Origin: Setoptus koraiensis
Lineage: Eukaryota > Animalia > Arthropoda
Reading direction: 5' to 3'
Length of the DNA: 64,000 bases
NCBI GenBank assembly: GCA_048013815.1
Contig: CM106586.1
Coordinates: forward strand, 9,610,001 to 9,674,000
Under the pieces are notes generated by a model that ran no database searches, was not told the DNA's origin, and worked only from the letters and a program-made list of their open reading frames with translations. A program made the translations under genes and the position numbers. This document shows positions 45,301 to 60,335 of the stretch, piece after piece (position 1 is the first letter of the stretch; every line of letters starts with the position of its first letter).

Positions 45301-48300
45301 CGTCGGATATCGTTAATATTATATTTGTTGCTGCACTAGAAAAAAATTCGAGCATGATTTTAATAAAAATTCATTAATTAAATTAATGAATTTTACTATC
45401 AAGATGAAGGCTTTTCACCGTAATACCCAATATGAGAAGCAATCGAGAACACACACACACACACATAGGACATACGAATATAGGCAATAGTTTGGTCTAA
45501 ATTGGATTTTTGAGCCTCGGAAACAGCCAAATACCACTGGCAAACAAATAAAATTGTTTGTGGAAATAGATAAGGAGATAAATAATAGAGTAATAAATAA
45601 AGAACTATATATTGTGTATCTTTAGCCATGAGATGAGATTAGACTAGAGGCTAGACATAGATGAGTTAACGAAACAATTATTCCTAATCAAACATGAATG
45701 CGCACACAGCCAGCACAGCCAATCAACGAGGCATTTGAATTAGCTGTTGCAATAGGTAGTTGGCAAGTTATTATTCAACGATGATCGAGGTGTTTGGTCA
45801 ACCATAGTTTAGCCTGCTAATATCTATTAAACATATGTTCATACACGATGGCTTATGCAAACAAATATTCCCATTACTAAACTAATATCATCTTTAAGCT
45901 GAGACTAATCGCTCCAATGGGTTACACTTGCCCCTGCTCTCTGTTCTACCATCAATGCTTCCAGGATACCAGATAGTAACTTATTTCTCTCTCACTCATT
46001 TATTTTCAACTATATATGCCGATACTTTCATCGGAATAACCCGGAGTCATGGCGGAAAATAAATGATACCCCATACACAATCAAACTGTGAATGCCGTTC
46101 AACGTCTAAACCGAACTGTTCTAGCAAGCCGGTCAATCTACAGGGTGTCCTAGAAGTTGTCTTCTTTTCAAAGTAAAAATCGGGAAAAAATGGCAATCTT
46201 TACTTTTGTATCACTCTAAGAGTTGGCACTTACACTCACACCCACACGCAACTTGTAGCAGAGTTGGAGAAAACAAACACACAAATGCACACATGACATC
46301 ATGTAGCTTGAGGCAAAATCAATATTATCTTCATCATCAACAACTTCAATGATAACGCCATTGGACCAATGGCTTCCACAAAGACTGGTAGCGGTGACTC
46401 GCAAGAGAGTTTCTCTTCAATCGTTAAGAATAAATACACATACACACACACACACACTTTCTCTTGCATATACTTGGACTCTTCGGTCAGCAGGATATTT
46501 GGACAGTTTTCAGAAGCGTTCAACGAAGTTGCAGAATAATACATTGCTGCTGCTGCGGGTTCTTCTTCCGTGGCATTTTTTCCTTCATATTGCTGGGTGC
46601 AACCAATCAGATAGTATTAACTCAATTTATTACTCATAACCCCTTTGAAAGCTGCGCTCTCTTGTTCTGTTATCTCCATCTGGAGATAGTTAAGCGACTA
46701 ACTATCGAGGAATTAATCGTCGTATCTTGATTAGCATAACAAGAAAGTGAAAATAGACCCACGGAACAGTAGGAGTTGACCAAAAATTAGCAACAAGAAC
46801 TAGCTTAAAGTTGTATTCAAAGATAAGAGAAAGTTTACTCAAGAAGAAAATGTGTACAGAAGGAACAATGTGGGTAACGATAACTCTCTGTGGAACAAAT
46901 TTATCTTTTTTTCTTTTTCATTCCGATCATATCCGTCATATTTGTACCACTGTGTTTGTACATAACACAGAGGATGCATAAAAACAACACAGTATACAGT
47001 ATAAGCTTGGAATATATAATAAGCAGTTTAACTAGGCATGCTCATGGGTAAAAAAAGATAGCTACCTATTATCTTTGCTCATTTTGAATCATTATCATCC
47101 ATCAGATTGATTTAGTTGTGGAGGAAGTACATCTAGCATCACAAACACACACACAAACTAACTAGGGAGTATGGCTACTATATAGTTTAGTTGCTACCAC
47201 TTGGCCAGGATAATAATTTAAGTCAGACAGTAGCTGTAGCAACGGACAGAAGATAAACAAAGAACTCGCAACTACTAACGTTACTTCGACTTGGGTAGTC
47301 AACTATCTCGCTAGCTCGCTAGCTCGCCAAGGAATGGTCAATCTGGATTAGCGAGTTTCCATCGGTGTATCGATGGTCTCTTGCTAACCACATACACCAG
47401 ACGCATTTATAACCACAATATCAATTGTCTAAAAAATCTATTCTAATGTGGTTGTCCTGTACACTAACAAGCTTATCTCTTGTCGGGGGTGATAAAATCT
47501 ACAAACGTTCGTATACAGAATAGAAGCGAATTGATCAACCACTATGAGCTAGTAACAGCCCAAACAATCTTTGTAGTTCCAGTCACTGGTCGATGACCAG
47601 CGAATTGGCTGCATGTGGTGTGGATGTTGCAGTTAGCTTCATCACAAACTAAAATATTATTGGAATCAATACGATCTAATGAGAGTAATATATGCGCCTA
47701 TGCTACTAATCTGTTTATCATAATGGTTGCTCGGTTTGCCCCTTGCCCATTCAATTGGCTTGCCAAAAAGATTATTGTATCTGCTGTGCCTGTGCTGCAG
47801 TAGACCAATCAAAAGTTCACCAAACCTAATCAAATAATGAGACTGGGAATCAATCGATGTTTTCGAACTTCGTCATTCGAATAAGCAAACATATAAAGAA
47901 TCAAGCCACTTGAATGGATGCAAATAAAAAATGGATATACTAAAGTCAATAGATAAAAGTGAAAAAGTGGAATAGCTGCGCCTGCTTCGAAAGAAGACAC
48001 TGGACTTTTCTGTTTCATCAGTTGCAAGCGTTAAACATGATAGACATTTCACTTGTAGAGTCGATCATGCTGTTCAAACTGACTCAGTTCATTGATTGCC
48101 TTAATCAACACTCTCTTTCGAAGCCCAATATAGAGGGAAGAGGCTGTAGTATTGGTGAGCCAGCTAGCAAGCACCAAGAAATTACAAGAAATTAAAGTTA
48201 TTATAGAATCTATTAAAATGAAAGTAGTTGATATTTAACGTTAGACTCATTAGACTGAAATAAGGATAAAGTTGCTACTTAAGAACTGGCGCACTAGATT

Positions 48301-49800
48301 GCTTCCATCGATGCAACAAGAATGTTGATGTAGTCTTCTGATGATGATTCAAGCTAATCTTAGTTTGATCAGCGGACAGCAATGAGCGAGAGAGCTCTTC
48401 ATCATCATTAATCGACAAATAAACAGCCAATACTATTCATCGTCAGATTAACAGTTGTTCGTCGTTAATGATGATCATGACCACGCTTGGAGATGCGAAG
48501 TAATGTATTAGATAGATAGGAGAGCAACATCAAATTAGATCATAGTGCAGAGATCTGCATATTCCATGGACTAACAACCTGAAAAGAGACCACTACACTA
48601 TCTGGCTGACTGATAACTCTGTCAATAGAGCCTAGATTCAATTGGTATGTGGACAAACATTGGTTGTGTTTGTTTTAAAGTTCAATACGACTGCTACTAT
48701 TACTAGTTAGCCTGAATATGGTCACAGCTGGAAGCAGTTGTAAGTAATAAACGAGGATTGTGTATGGTTATCATTTAGTAGAATGTTTATCAGAATGATG
48801 AGTTGATTGTTAGTTGTTTACAATGTACTGTGTCAGCGGTGCTACTAACTGTACAGGTGACTAACAACCTTTAAATTTGGAACCTTAGCGCTTGATTGAA
48901 TTAATAGTTGCCCAATTTGGTTAAAGGAGTTCGCAAGATGACAATCTTTCTGTACTTTGCTCTTCACAGCTAATTTTAGACAAAATCAGCCATTTCCAGC
49001 GATTACACTAAACACTTGCACACTATGATAATTAGTCCATCGATAGGCGATAATGGACAGTCACCAAACTAGTTGATCGGAGCTTGTAACGACGATACCA
49101 AACAATCAAACATGGAAGAGACAATTGAAATGGAAAGCAAGTCTATCAAATTACAAGTCATCCATTGGCATCGGAATGATGGCTGAAGGTGGTGGCCTAG
49201 ACAAGCGGCGGCTACTATCGAAAGGCCCCAACAGCAACTTGAGTGAGCCGTATATCACGGGCGATCACATTTTTATCGGCCGGGCACCAGTGACGACAGG
49301 CCAGAGAGATGGGCACACAAAGCCGCCTAATAATAATAGAGTCATCAATTTATCTTGTCTTTATATATAGCTTGGTGGGTATATCATCAATTGGTTGGAT
49401 TTCTCTCTCGCTCCTACTCATTCAAAACTGAGAGTCGATATATAGACACACATTGTATAAGATGCATGGGTATACTATATAAGGCACACATTGAAAGAAG
49501 ATGAAAATTTTCGAATTGCAACAACAACAGCAACAACAATAGGCAAGAAAGTGACGAAGGGTCATTGGTTTCATTATAACAACTGGCTGGCCAACGGCAG
49601 CATCAGTGCTATATTCATATCTTCTCCAACACCATCATCGCCGTTACAACAACAGCAACTACAACTACTGCTACTTTTACAACAACCACCACTGTTGCGT
49701 CATCATAATAAGCAGCATTATAATAATTTGATCGAGGCGAATATGCTGAGGGGATGAATTAATAGTAGTGTGCATCCACGAATAAAGAGATTACGATGAG

Positions 49801-49802
<2 letters not shown>

Positions 49803-49837
<35 letters not shown>
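49803..49837. repeat. (CT)n microsatellite
   Basis: Direct observation. Confidence 0.95.
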
Positions 49838-49840
<3 letters not shown>

Positions 49841-51427
49841 TTTCATTCAACATTCGAATAGTCTATCAAGCGTCTGCTGACCATAGAGAGAGAAGGTGAT
49901 TTGTGCAAGCTTTGGTCACCATCACCTGATAGGAAAGGCCATAGATTGATGCTATCATTATCTTGCATCGGCACCGACGGTAGCATCTATGCATGGTTAC
50001 ATCATCATAGCAGTGGTCTTTGTTGCGCTGTAGTGTGGTGCAAAGTAGTGATCATCTCTGATACACGTTGTTGTTGTTGTTGCTGCTAGTTTATCGGCGC
50101 CGAAGTCACTAGACTCATAATTAAGTTGACTGTGTGCGATCATAGTTCACATACTATCACAGAGATTTATTATGATCAAAATCATTGAATGAAGTAGCGG
50201 AATCACATACAGTGGACAGCCGACAGCGATTGACCTATGGCCAGTCATTGGCCAGATTATGGCCTCTACCGCAATATACACTAGTACCAAGAGAGTTAAC
50301 CAATAAATCGACAATATAAATATATCTCGAGGCCAACAATTGAGCGGTCAAAGTTGTTGTCACACACTTATGCAACAATAAAGATCATCATTATGATTGA
50401 CCGTTTATAATAGCTCACACAGCATACAACAAGTGTGATAATCTAATCTTCCTAATGCAATCACACGCACAATCACGCTGGCAAGATCGTGTTCGTTCAA
50501 ATTCGAGTCATCACCGTGTGGCGATGATCGTGATCAAGGTAGGACTCAGTTGAGCGAGATAAGAAATTTATGGTCGCTATTTAGTGGGAGTGAGAGTGAG
50601 TGCTCATTGTCCACGATACATGGTATTTGATTCCCGTCGCTGTATTCGAGTCAAGTTTATGTGTCCATCATGTGGCCGATACCGGGACACCGCTGGCCAC
50701 TGGCCGGTTGTCTGGCCAGTGGTTTGCATGAGCGTGATAGGCATTGCGTAACTGTGCTAAAATAGAAACTGAATTTGTTGTTGTTATTATTGTCTATTAT
50801 TGACTATTTCCATCGGCGCTCGGGAAGCTCAACGAAAGAGATGATTGAACGATAGACGACTATTACTCTCTCTCTCCCTATCTCTTGTCTCTAATCCCTG
50901 GCTCGTTGTTTGATGCTGCAAACAACAAACAACAACAACACTGACAAGTGTACAACACTGACAAACAGCGCGTGCCTGGCATATTATTTATAAGCTACAC
51001 ACACACAGTGTGCATAGCAAATGTACATGCGATTATAATTTGTATCAAGCGAACAAGAAAACGATGATGGATTAGTCATATAACTGCTGCTAATACAGTG
51101 GCAAGCTAACTCGGCCTGTCTGCACCACTGGCTAGAGAGACACAATGAATGGCGCCGTTAATCAGGTGGCCTTCATCTAATTATATTTATAGTTTTATTC
51201 ATCACACCGGCGATGCTGTTATTCGTCATGCGTTAGAGCTTTGGGCAAAATCAAAAAGTAAAGTCTTATGCATACACAGAGCGAGCATAGAAGATTGATT
51301 ACGAGCATGATTCAATCTGTGATCTGTTAATGGTGGCCGAAAAGAAAAACATCATCATCATCACAGAAGTCGCTTGCTGCTAATCAGATTGGCGAGACTC
51401 ATCAATCTCGCTATGAAGAAGCCAGTG

Positions 51428-51453
51428 ACGATGACGACGACGACGACGACGAC
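51428..51453. repeat. (GAC)n microsatellite
   Basis: Direct observation. Confidence 0.9.
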
Positions 51454-54400
51454 AAAAGAAGACATGAGATGCGGATCAATCTCATTAGCTCGTCGCCATT
51501 GATTGTATGATACTAGCCCCAAGTAGCAGCCTATTTCAAAATATGATGAAAGCTCGAGATCATTCAGCACAGCAAACAAATCAGATCCTCGGGCCTGTTA
51601 CACACATGCAATAATAACAAATATCTATTTGCATCAAGAGCATACAAATAGGCACACACGCGCGTGTGTGCTTATAAATAGATGTATTTGAATAACTTTC
51701 AAGCTGCGGATTAATCACACGCAACTAGGTTATCGCTGAGGGCCATCTAATTTCTATATTCTATATTCTGTTTTCTTCTCTCTCTCTCTCTCTCTCTCTC
51801 TCCCTTCGCCAACCTCATCTACTTGTGTGTGTTTTTACCGTTATATAGAGCTATATAATCAAGAGTCGGCACTAGATTGATGGCACAGGTAGTTTGGCCA
51901 GCTAGCCGCCGACTCGCGTGTAGTCGAGATTCTGGCGCGCGCTCTGGTCAATGAACCCATTCAGTTAGTGTGTGAACAACAGTTTAAAAGTGAACAAACA
52001 GTTGCAATTGATTGATGCCAATGATACTTGCATGGATGATACACACAAACACAACAGTGCAGCTCGCTCTAATAATGATACAAGTAATAAATAAGCTGGC
52101 AAGAGCAAAATCTGCTCTTCATTGGCATCGAATCAAAAGTACCGTTGCCCGGAGCGCAACATGAGGCGCCCGAATGCTCTTGGTCGACCGAGTTACGTAA
52201 CAAAGGCAATCATTGCGCAACACAGACAACAAGTGCGACAACAATGGAGAAATATCAGAAATGAATGACAACGTTCGCCAGAGGCCGTATGCACAACAGT
52301 GCCTTAGTGTTGGTGTGTTGGTCGGCGTTGCGACTCACGAGGATATCCTTTTATGTCAATCAATCGATCATTTCTTTTGAAGGTATGACCAATAGTAAGA
52401 GCAGACACAAAATATTAGCATATTATATGGCGTCACCATGCCCATTACGGGCGAAAATCTTCGTGTAAATATTGCTATGACCCTTAGGTAATAGCAGCCA
52501 CAACCTGTACGAGTGGCTTTCGTCAGAAATTAGTCATTCCTAGATATTCACATGGCGAATATGCCACGCTTGTTGTTGTTGCTGCTGCTGTTGTTGGCTA
52601 TTTATAGCCGCCTCTTTCGATACAACCAGTAAGCCCGTTTTGTTGATACGATTTGAGGTTATTCGGGACGAAGACAACAGAGACAGACTAATGATTCTGG
52701 CTTGTCTTGTTTTGTTGTGTCATCCGTCCACATAAACCACCGTGTCTATGTGCTTAACTGGACATGATATATTTGATCTTTGCAAACAACATACCACGCC
52801 GTTATCATCTCTCTGTGTCCGATTACTGCTGAGCTGATTAAGCGCACAACAAGCATGGCCGGCGGAGGGTGCAAACTAGCGTCTCTTTCGCTTTTTCAAT
52901 TAAATCATCACATCTCGTTGCGAGAATTAGCTTTAATCATAATTAATATGCTATCATTAACGGTTAATACCTCATGTTTGATCAATCAAACGAATCAAAA
53001 GAATTCATTAGCAATGGTTCCTTATGGATGATGGTTTAATTGACTGAATGGGCAGCGTTATAAGTTGCGAGGCGAGTCAGCGCGGCTCTCTGGCCGGTGG
53101 TGCTAATCTCTTTTAATCGATACCACAGCAACAAATTAATTGTTCCTGTGGTTGTTATCTATTTTCATCAATTGACGGTGGCTTGTGATTCTAATTAGCA
53201 GATGCCGACGACCCTAGCTCAATGTCGCTGAAACCCATTGCATAGTGCCCAGTTAAGTGATGTCTCATCGACATCAGCACCGGGATAGTTATGCAATGCC
53301 AACGCAAATAGTTTTGCGTGCAGCAATCTCATCTTGGCCAAAGTGTATTATACATGTAGTAGTAGAGCCAGAGATGAAGTGTTGCAATTATAGCAAAACG
53401 AGTGTCGGTCGAGCAAACAACACACAGTCGCCAATATATAATAAAAAGAAACTTTGACGTCAAAATGACTGTTGGTGTTGCTGCCTCTGTTTGCTCTCTT
53501 ATGCGCACTGTTAACAAAGGTCCTTCAACTAGATGGTAGTCGAGAGGAGATCGTCAAAACACGCGACCAGCTTCGAGGGATATATATATTTAGCGAGAGA
53601 GAGAGAGAGAGAGAGAGCAGAGATAAATTCATAGCTTAATCATGATGACTGCTTTCAATCTATCCCTCACAATGAATGAGCTTTGCGGCCGGCGCTGCTG
53701 CTGCTCACTCGAGGCTAGTTGAGGCATTACTACATTTAGTTGAGATATTATTAATGCTAAAAGAGAGACTTAAAACCCCTTCAATGAGCTTTATTATATG
53801 ATGAGGTGAGCTAAATGACGGGCTAACATCTCGAGAGAGAGAGAGTTGAATATCATGACGATATAACAATATAATAGTAATAATAACAACGATGATTATC
53901 CGCCTCGAGTCAGGTCCACTTTAGTCGTTTGCAATAAGCATTATTCTGTATTTTTTCTTCATATTTTCATACTACATAATTCATCGCATATACATGTATA
54001 CTATTAGTTTGACCACTAAACTTGCCACCAAGCTATCATGAGATGTGATCACACAGACAAGAGAAAAGAGCAAATTGAGATGCATGATCTTTGTTAAGCC
54101 ACCTCAGAGATTGACCACCGACAGAGTGTTCACATCAAAATCTCGCAAACACGCTAGCCATTCAGTCGGTCTGGCCAGCCAACTGACCAGGCCAGACAAA
54201 CAGTCGGCCAGCCAGCCAGTCAGTATTATCCGTAATCTGTTTGCCCCTCTCTATATATCTATCTCTATATACATTTCTGTGTGTACTCAGTATTCACTCA
54301 GCTGGCCAGAAGCAGAGCAAATTAGGAATGCGCCTAAACAAGCCATCAAATTAAATAGTTTTTTTCTTCTTTATAAAAAACAACATCAGGTAGCAGCATA

Positions 54401-54744
54401 TTATAATTATTATGCTTGATCGGGCCAACAATCAACTACTACTGCCACTGGCCACAATGGCGGTGGGCCATGCTAATGCGGCACATATGCAAATGCTGTT
54501 CGTTGTATGTTTCGCTATTAATGGTCGCTTTAGCTTGTTGCTGCTGGATATTGTTATTCAGCTTTGAGAAAACTTAGTGAAAAACTTGAGCACTAAACTG
54601 GTGCTTTGAGTAAACCATAGATGATCTACAATATGTGACCAATGAGCTGCACAAGTACAAATGGTTAGCTCAATGACGCTTCGACCAACAATTAACCTTT
54701 TGAGGAGTTGGCCGATGAAAAGCCATTCTTCTCCATTTTGCAGG

Positions 54745-54798
54745 TCTCTCTCTCTCTCTCCCTCTCTCTCTCGCTCTCTCTCTTTCTCTCTCGCTCTC
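54745..54798. repeat. Imperfect (CT)n microsatellite
   Basis: Direct observation. Further (CT)/(GA) tracts occur near 51775 and 53596. Confidence 0.9.
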
Positions 54799-56630
54799 TA
54801 ACCATTCTGCAAATAACTTCGCTCGACTCCTCTGTTGATGATGACACAATTGCGCGAGCTCATCATACACGCACCGCGACTGTATGTCATCAACAAATCT
54901 AACTTAAATTATCTCGGCCATTCAAGCAATGGCGTCTCGACAAATCATGACACTTTTCTCCACTTACCTTTGCTTGTCCTCGTGTGGGAGCCCATTTTGC
55001 TCGATCTAAAGGGCCGGTGTTGTTTGTTTATCGTCGTAGGACACCAAATGGTGATGCCACTGCTGACTTTCTTTATAGTATGTCGTTGGTGTGTGGTCCG
55101 CCACCACCTATTGGTCAACTTTTACCTGACTTGTAACGTTCAATGTGACGTTGTGTGTAGCCGTCACAAGCCACTCATTCGATGCTTGCGTTGCCGCTTA
55201 TAGCTTGCCCAAGGTGTCCTGACCAGTCCTGATAGGGGCCAATTTACGTCGGTTTATTGCTACTGAAGATTGTTTTTATTCATATACTGATTTCGATGTA
55301 TAATACCTGCTGTACCGTTGTTTTCTATTCGATCGTAGTTTTTTGTGTTTGTGTCTTGCTGAAACAACATCAATAAATCTTTGTTTGCTTCTATCAAGTT
55401 GCTTGCACAATTACTATACGTGATGCAATAGTGGAACTAACAACTTTCAAGGTATAGAGAGTTATGCAAATGTATGTACGATGTGTCAATTAGCTGGCTG
55501 CTTCTCTCAAAATGTACTTGTCTTCTGTTGGCCGGTGAGTTCTGACAATTAATGATGATTCTTGTTCACTTGTTGTTGACCATCATCGAACTTTCAGTTG
55601 TTGTAACAATTTTTGTTGCTCCATACCGTATACTGTGTGCTGGTGTTAATACTACTGTTGCTATATCCCCGATATAGTGATGAATGAATAAAATCGACCG
55701 CTTGAATCAACAAACATAAAAATAAGGGAGGGGGTGAAGGTGAAAGGCAATTTCTGAGGCGAAGAGATAAAGAAAAATACGATAATATAAACACAAGCTA
55801 AATTATATTAACGGTGGCGCTTACTTTCTTCGGGCCAATATAACTCTAACTCTAAATAGTATCCAACAAACTTTCTCCCTTCGCCGTCATGTCCACTCTC
55901 GATACTCAACCTCACTACTTCATCTCAAGAAGGAGGCGGTCATTTATCCTACGCTCCACCTTTATTCATAACGACGATAAAATTGCAACGGTCTATGTTA
56001 GTCGCTTTTAACGGCAAACTGTTAACCGCTGAGGCATCGAATCGCTCACGCCATCAAGAGAGTAACGGGAGGAGTCAACGGATTCAATAGACCGAAGCTA
56101 ACAGCAATAGACTATTAGACTGACCACCGACCTTCGTCATGCTGCACAATGAAGTGAAAAACACTATGCCTAGCCAGAGGTGCTACATTTTTGGCTAGAC
56201 CAACACTTTTACACCCACAAACATGCTACTGAAGATGCGAATTTTTTTGCAGCGTTCAACTAGCCAAATCGCTCTATTTGGCTTCTGGTCATTTAAATCA
56301 ACTGGGTTGGCGCCATCTACCTGCCGATTAGGCAAAGTGGAAATCTGTATGCTGGCATAGATACTGTTGCTGAATGGAACGAAATGAGTTGTAACCATCT
56401 AGTCACTTTCCCATAATTAATCCGAGAATTGAAAGATTAGTCGGCAAAGAGAGATACTGGAATTGGGAATCTATCAACTCCCCATTTGTACGCTAAATTA
56501 ATTAAATGGTGTATTTACATGTAATGATTGACTTGAGCGTTGTATTAATTTCACTTGATCTTTCTTAGGAGGTAGTGGTGGTTGCGAGTATCAAGAACAA
56601 ATTTAGATTATCATCATTATGATCCTTTTC

Positions 56631-58752
56631 TTAAGAGGGCGATGAGCTTGCCCCGTCATGACTTGGTGTGTCCGAACTGCGAGAAGTCGTGGCCATATCA
56701 GAAGGATTCATCAACATCTCAGTGTCTCCACCACCATTATGGGTATCTACAGAATCGTTCAAGAATCTACTATCAACATATGCACCATCTTTCATGCGAT
56801 TTGTATTCTTTGTTGAGGAAACAGGGTATTGTTTTAGATTCCGATTAGCTGAATTCTCACTCGATCTGGTGCGTCTCTTTTTCGACTTGGAATGTTTCGT
56901 CTGAGGCTTTTCCTTGTTCTAAATTCATAAATACGAACAAAAATTGTTTAGAAATAAAATTAGTATCAGGAAAGAAATGTATTGTAAAGCTTGGCTACGA
57001 GAACTATGAAAGAATCGCCTCACTCACCTCTTGTTTGCAGATTATGTAAAAGCATTGAAGGGTTACTAGTATTGCTAGAATGATTCCAATGATGGCAGAA
57101 AACTTGAAAGATCTCTCTACTTTTATCACCAAATTCAATAGTTGAGACTTAAATTCATTCGCTGATTTTTCATCGATAGATGCCGATTCTTCCATCCAAA
57201 ACAGAGGAGCGATCATAGCTGTCATGTTGCCAATGATTCCTGGGCTGACTACTTGAAGAGTTTCATGGTCTACGAAAGCATTTATCTGAGCACGACTGGC
57301 AGCTCTAAAGACACTTCCTGTCATGGGCTCTATATCAATATAGGTTTCGTGTTTACTCTTGTCAGGTTTCAAACCGGCTGTCATGGAAAGCATAGCATCG
57401 CCATTGTAGAAATGTGGCCAAGAAGCCGCAATCGGAGCACCCTTTTGACAGGCTGATAGATCCATAATTCCGTCTATATAGCATCTATTATCGTCTCTTA
57501 GTGGCTTTGTACCTTGCAAAGGAGGTTTTACTGTGCAGAAGCAAGAGTTTTTTACATTCTTGCGAGGAGCTGCGAACATTTCTCTAGGTGTGGTGAAGCG
57601 AAGCAAAGGTATGTCTAATGCTGAAGTGTCCTCTTTATATTTTATTGTTATGGATCGGCAGATTAACGGCGAGAAAACTCGCAATTCTTTATCACGAGTG
57701 ACACCAGGGTGAAATTGACTACCATCTGAACCCACTATCTCGTTGCATGAGTCCCCACCCCATACTTTCAATTTTTTCATATTGTTCCATTCTGATACCT
57801 GAACAAAATTGTCCATCGACCCATTCCGACCAGTGAAGATTGTATATTCACCGTTCTCATTTTTCGTCCAGGTGTTGTTCTTTCTATAGAAAAAACCAAA
57901 AGTGTTATTGTGCAAGGGTGATTCAAAATTAAAACTTAATCCTTGAAAAATATATTTGGCCAATTCCAAGAAGTCCACTTTGTATCCATCGAATAAAAAC
58001 TGATTAGCGGGTTTTGTAATGAGTATTTTGTCACCACTTTCTTCCAACATGCGAGCAGCTTTCCAATGAGCCAAGCCTTTTTTGATATCTCCAGTCAATT
58101 GTGATAATTTGTCGAGAGTAGCCTATGGAAATAGAGGAAACAAGGTTAGACCTTTTCCCTTTTGCTTGAACTCAAAGAGTTGCAGTTAAAGATCGATGAA
58201 AGTACTCACCAGCACTGGAACATTAACTAAGGTTATATTTGTTTTGTAAGGGTCAAGAGCACCAGGATGACTAGGATCAGGATAGTAAGTTTTGTATTCT
58301 CTGTATTTGAGTTTTGTGTTAAAATCTTCAAAGTCCATAACTTCTCGTCTTTTCCATTGTTTGTAGATAAATGGGCCAACCTCTTGAAAGATTGGCTTGG
58401 ATTTGCCACTGAGCACATCTGGAGCATTAGTTATATTGAAGAAGGTAATTTTGACAGTAAGCGGTATGGGAACATTGGTGAATCTTTTATACATTTTTGT
58501 TCCCATTTTAATTTGGATCCTCTGGAAATAAGCCAAAAATCAATGTTTGTTGACAGAAAGTAGTGGACATCGACTCGATTAGTATAATGGTGCGGGATGT
58601 TGCATAATTGCTAATTGGTTTGAGATTGCAAACATTTGATTCAATCTTACCTGTTCAATCTTTTGTTGTATCAATTTGGGCATCATAATTAGACCAGTTA
58701 TGCCAAATATAACCAGCAGAATGGCTATAGTCAAGAGTGTTATTCGTAACAT
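56631..58752 (-). CDS. CD36/class B scavenger receptor (about 598 aa). Exons 58651-58752, 58210-58521, 57028-58122, 56631-56918
   Basis: N-terminal TM in MLRITLLTIAILLVIFGITGLIMM. CD36-family motifs ITFFNITN, EVGPFIY, GDSCNEIVGSDGSQFHP, SPLICRSI, PIAASWPHFY, ETYIDIEPMTG and PLFWMEE, then a second TM. All three introns are phase 0 with GT(A/G)AG donors and AG acceptors, and the last exon is open for 95 codons. Confidence 0.9.
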
Positions 58753-60071
58753 TGCTATTGTTGTTGTTATTTTCTGAAGAGGGTATGTTTTTCACTAGGG
58801 GATCCTGAAGTTTAGTTTGTTTTGATTGGCTGAAGTTTGTTGTATTAAATTTGGGTGTCTGGATCTGGCTACAGGTTAAAAGTAATAGCTGAAAGAGTTA
58901 TTTTTTCTTCTATGCAATAAATCTCAGTGGAAGGCAGTGCTCCTTGCTATTGAATGTTGTGCAAGACGGTCATGTTTGATCGATCTTCATTCCGATTAGT
59001 CAAATTGCAAATTTAAAACTTTTCTAATTGATAATAACAATAGTAATAGTAATCAAAGCGAGTCAGCACCCTGTCAGACCATTGTGAAGATTATCTCACA
59101 ATTATGGCTGATGACAATAATTAGTAGTTTGCCGATGGTGGCATGCCAAGCAGAACTGAACTTTAATGAAAGAGAGCGTCCTAAATAGACAGATTATTCA
59201 GGTATGTATGCGTGTGTGTGTGTGTGTGTGTGTTTGGTGCCGCTATGATTGCTGTTGATAAATTGATTTAGGAGAAAAGAAACTTCAATAATGATCAAAT
59301 CGTCGTGTGCGTCTCTGATGTTAGGACTGAATGTGTGTATGATGATAATCAGACGAAGATTAGACAAATGTGTGCTGGTGGCGGTGATATATCGGGAGAC
59401 AACGTAGATTTTGAATGCATCAACGATGCATGCTGATGACGATGCTCATGATCATGATGCGAGGCGAGGCGGCATGAAAACTGTTATGTTAGTTTGTTGC
59501 AGTTGCGGTTGCAAAGTTGTGTCGTAACCAGTGGCAACAATTTATGTGTATGTAGATTGTAGTTAAAGTGGTTGTGGTGCTGATTAATGTGGTTACGGCA
59601 CGAGCATAATTAAATGGTTGTCGTCGTCGTTGTTGTTGTTGTTGGTCTCTGTGGCTTGTCTTGATTGGTAGCTGTCGTTATTAGCAATGCTTCATGAGTT
59701 TGGTAACAACAATGGCTGGTGATTCTGTGTGGTGAGTAACACTAGATGCTGCTGATACTGATTAGTATTACCTACCAAGTGAAATAGCGAACAATAGTCA
59801 ATAAATAACAATATTAATGATGGAAATAAATGGTCATATTAGTAGCTACTTGTAGTTGTGCGTCGTTTCATCTAAAATAGGTGGTTTGAGTCTATCCAGC
59901 ACACGGTTCACAAGACTGTTTGTGTTGCCTGCCAGAAGTGATATAAACTATTTAATTAAATATCTGATGCTGCTGATACTATCTCTGTAATCTCTCCAGT
60001 TGCCTATTGCCTACTGCCTGTTGCCCATCGCCTAGCGACTCGGTGACTCAAAGCGTTTCAAGCGATTATTA

Positions 60072-60076
60072 GTGGT

Positions 60077-60116
<40 letters not shown>

Positions 60117-60128
60117 GTGTGTGTGTGT
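60072..60128. repeat. (TG)n microsatellite
   Basis: Direct observation. Another lies at 59213-59232. Confidence 0.95.
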
Positions 60129-60335
60129 CTAGTGCCGCTGCAGTGTCACAGCAGCAACAGTACAATCGGTGTAATGGTGGCAGTCCGATGGAAAGTGCTG
60201 ATGCTGTCGATGGAATTATTAATGATATCAGTAGATATATTTGCGCCCAATGTATGTGGTGTGTAATGTATCTACTGAGGATGCACGCAGAACCTCGATA
60301 GTCCGCACATGGGTGTCTCAGCGTGCTAGACAGAA

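Noticed and set aside
800-56330. CAGGTAG (Zelda-like) heptamers
   Set aside because: About eight on both strands, which is what chance predicts for 64 kb.
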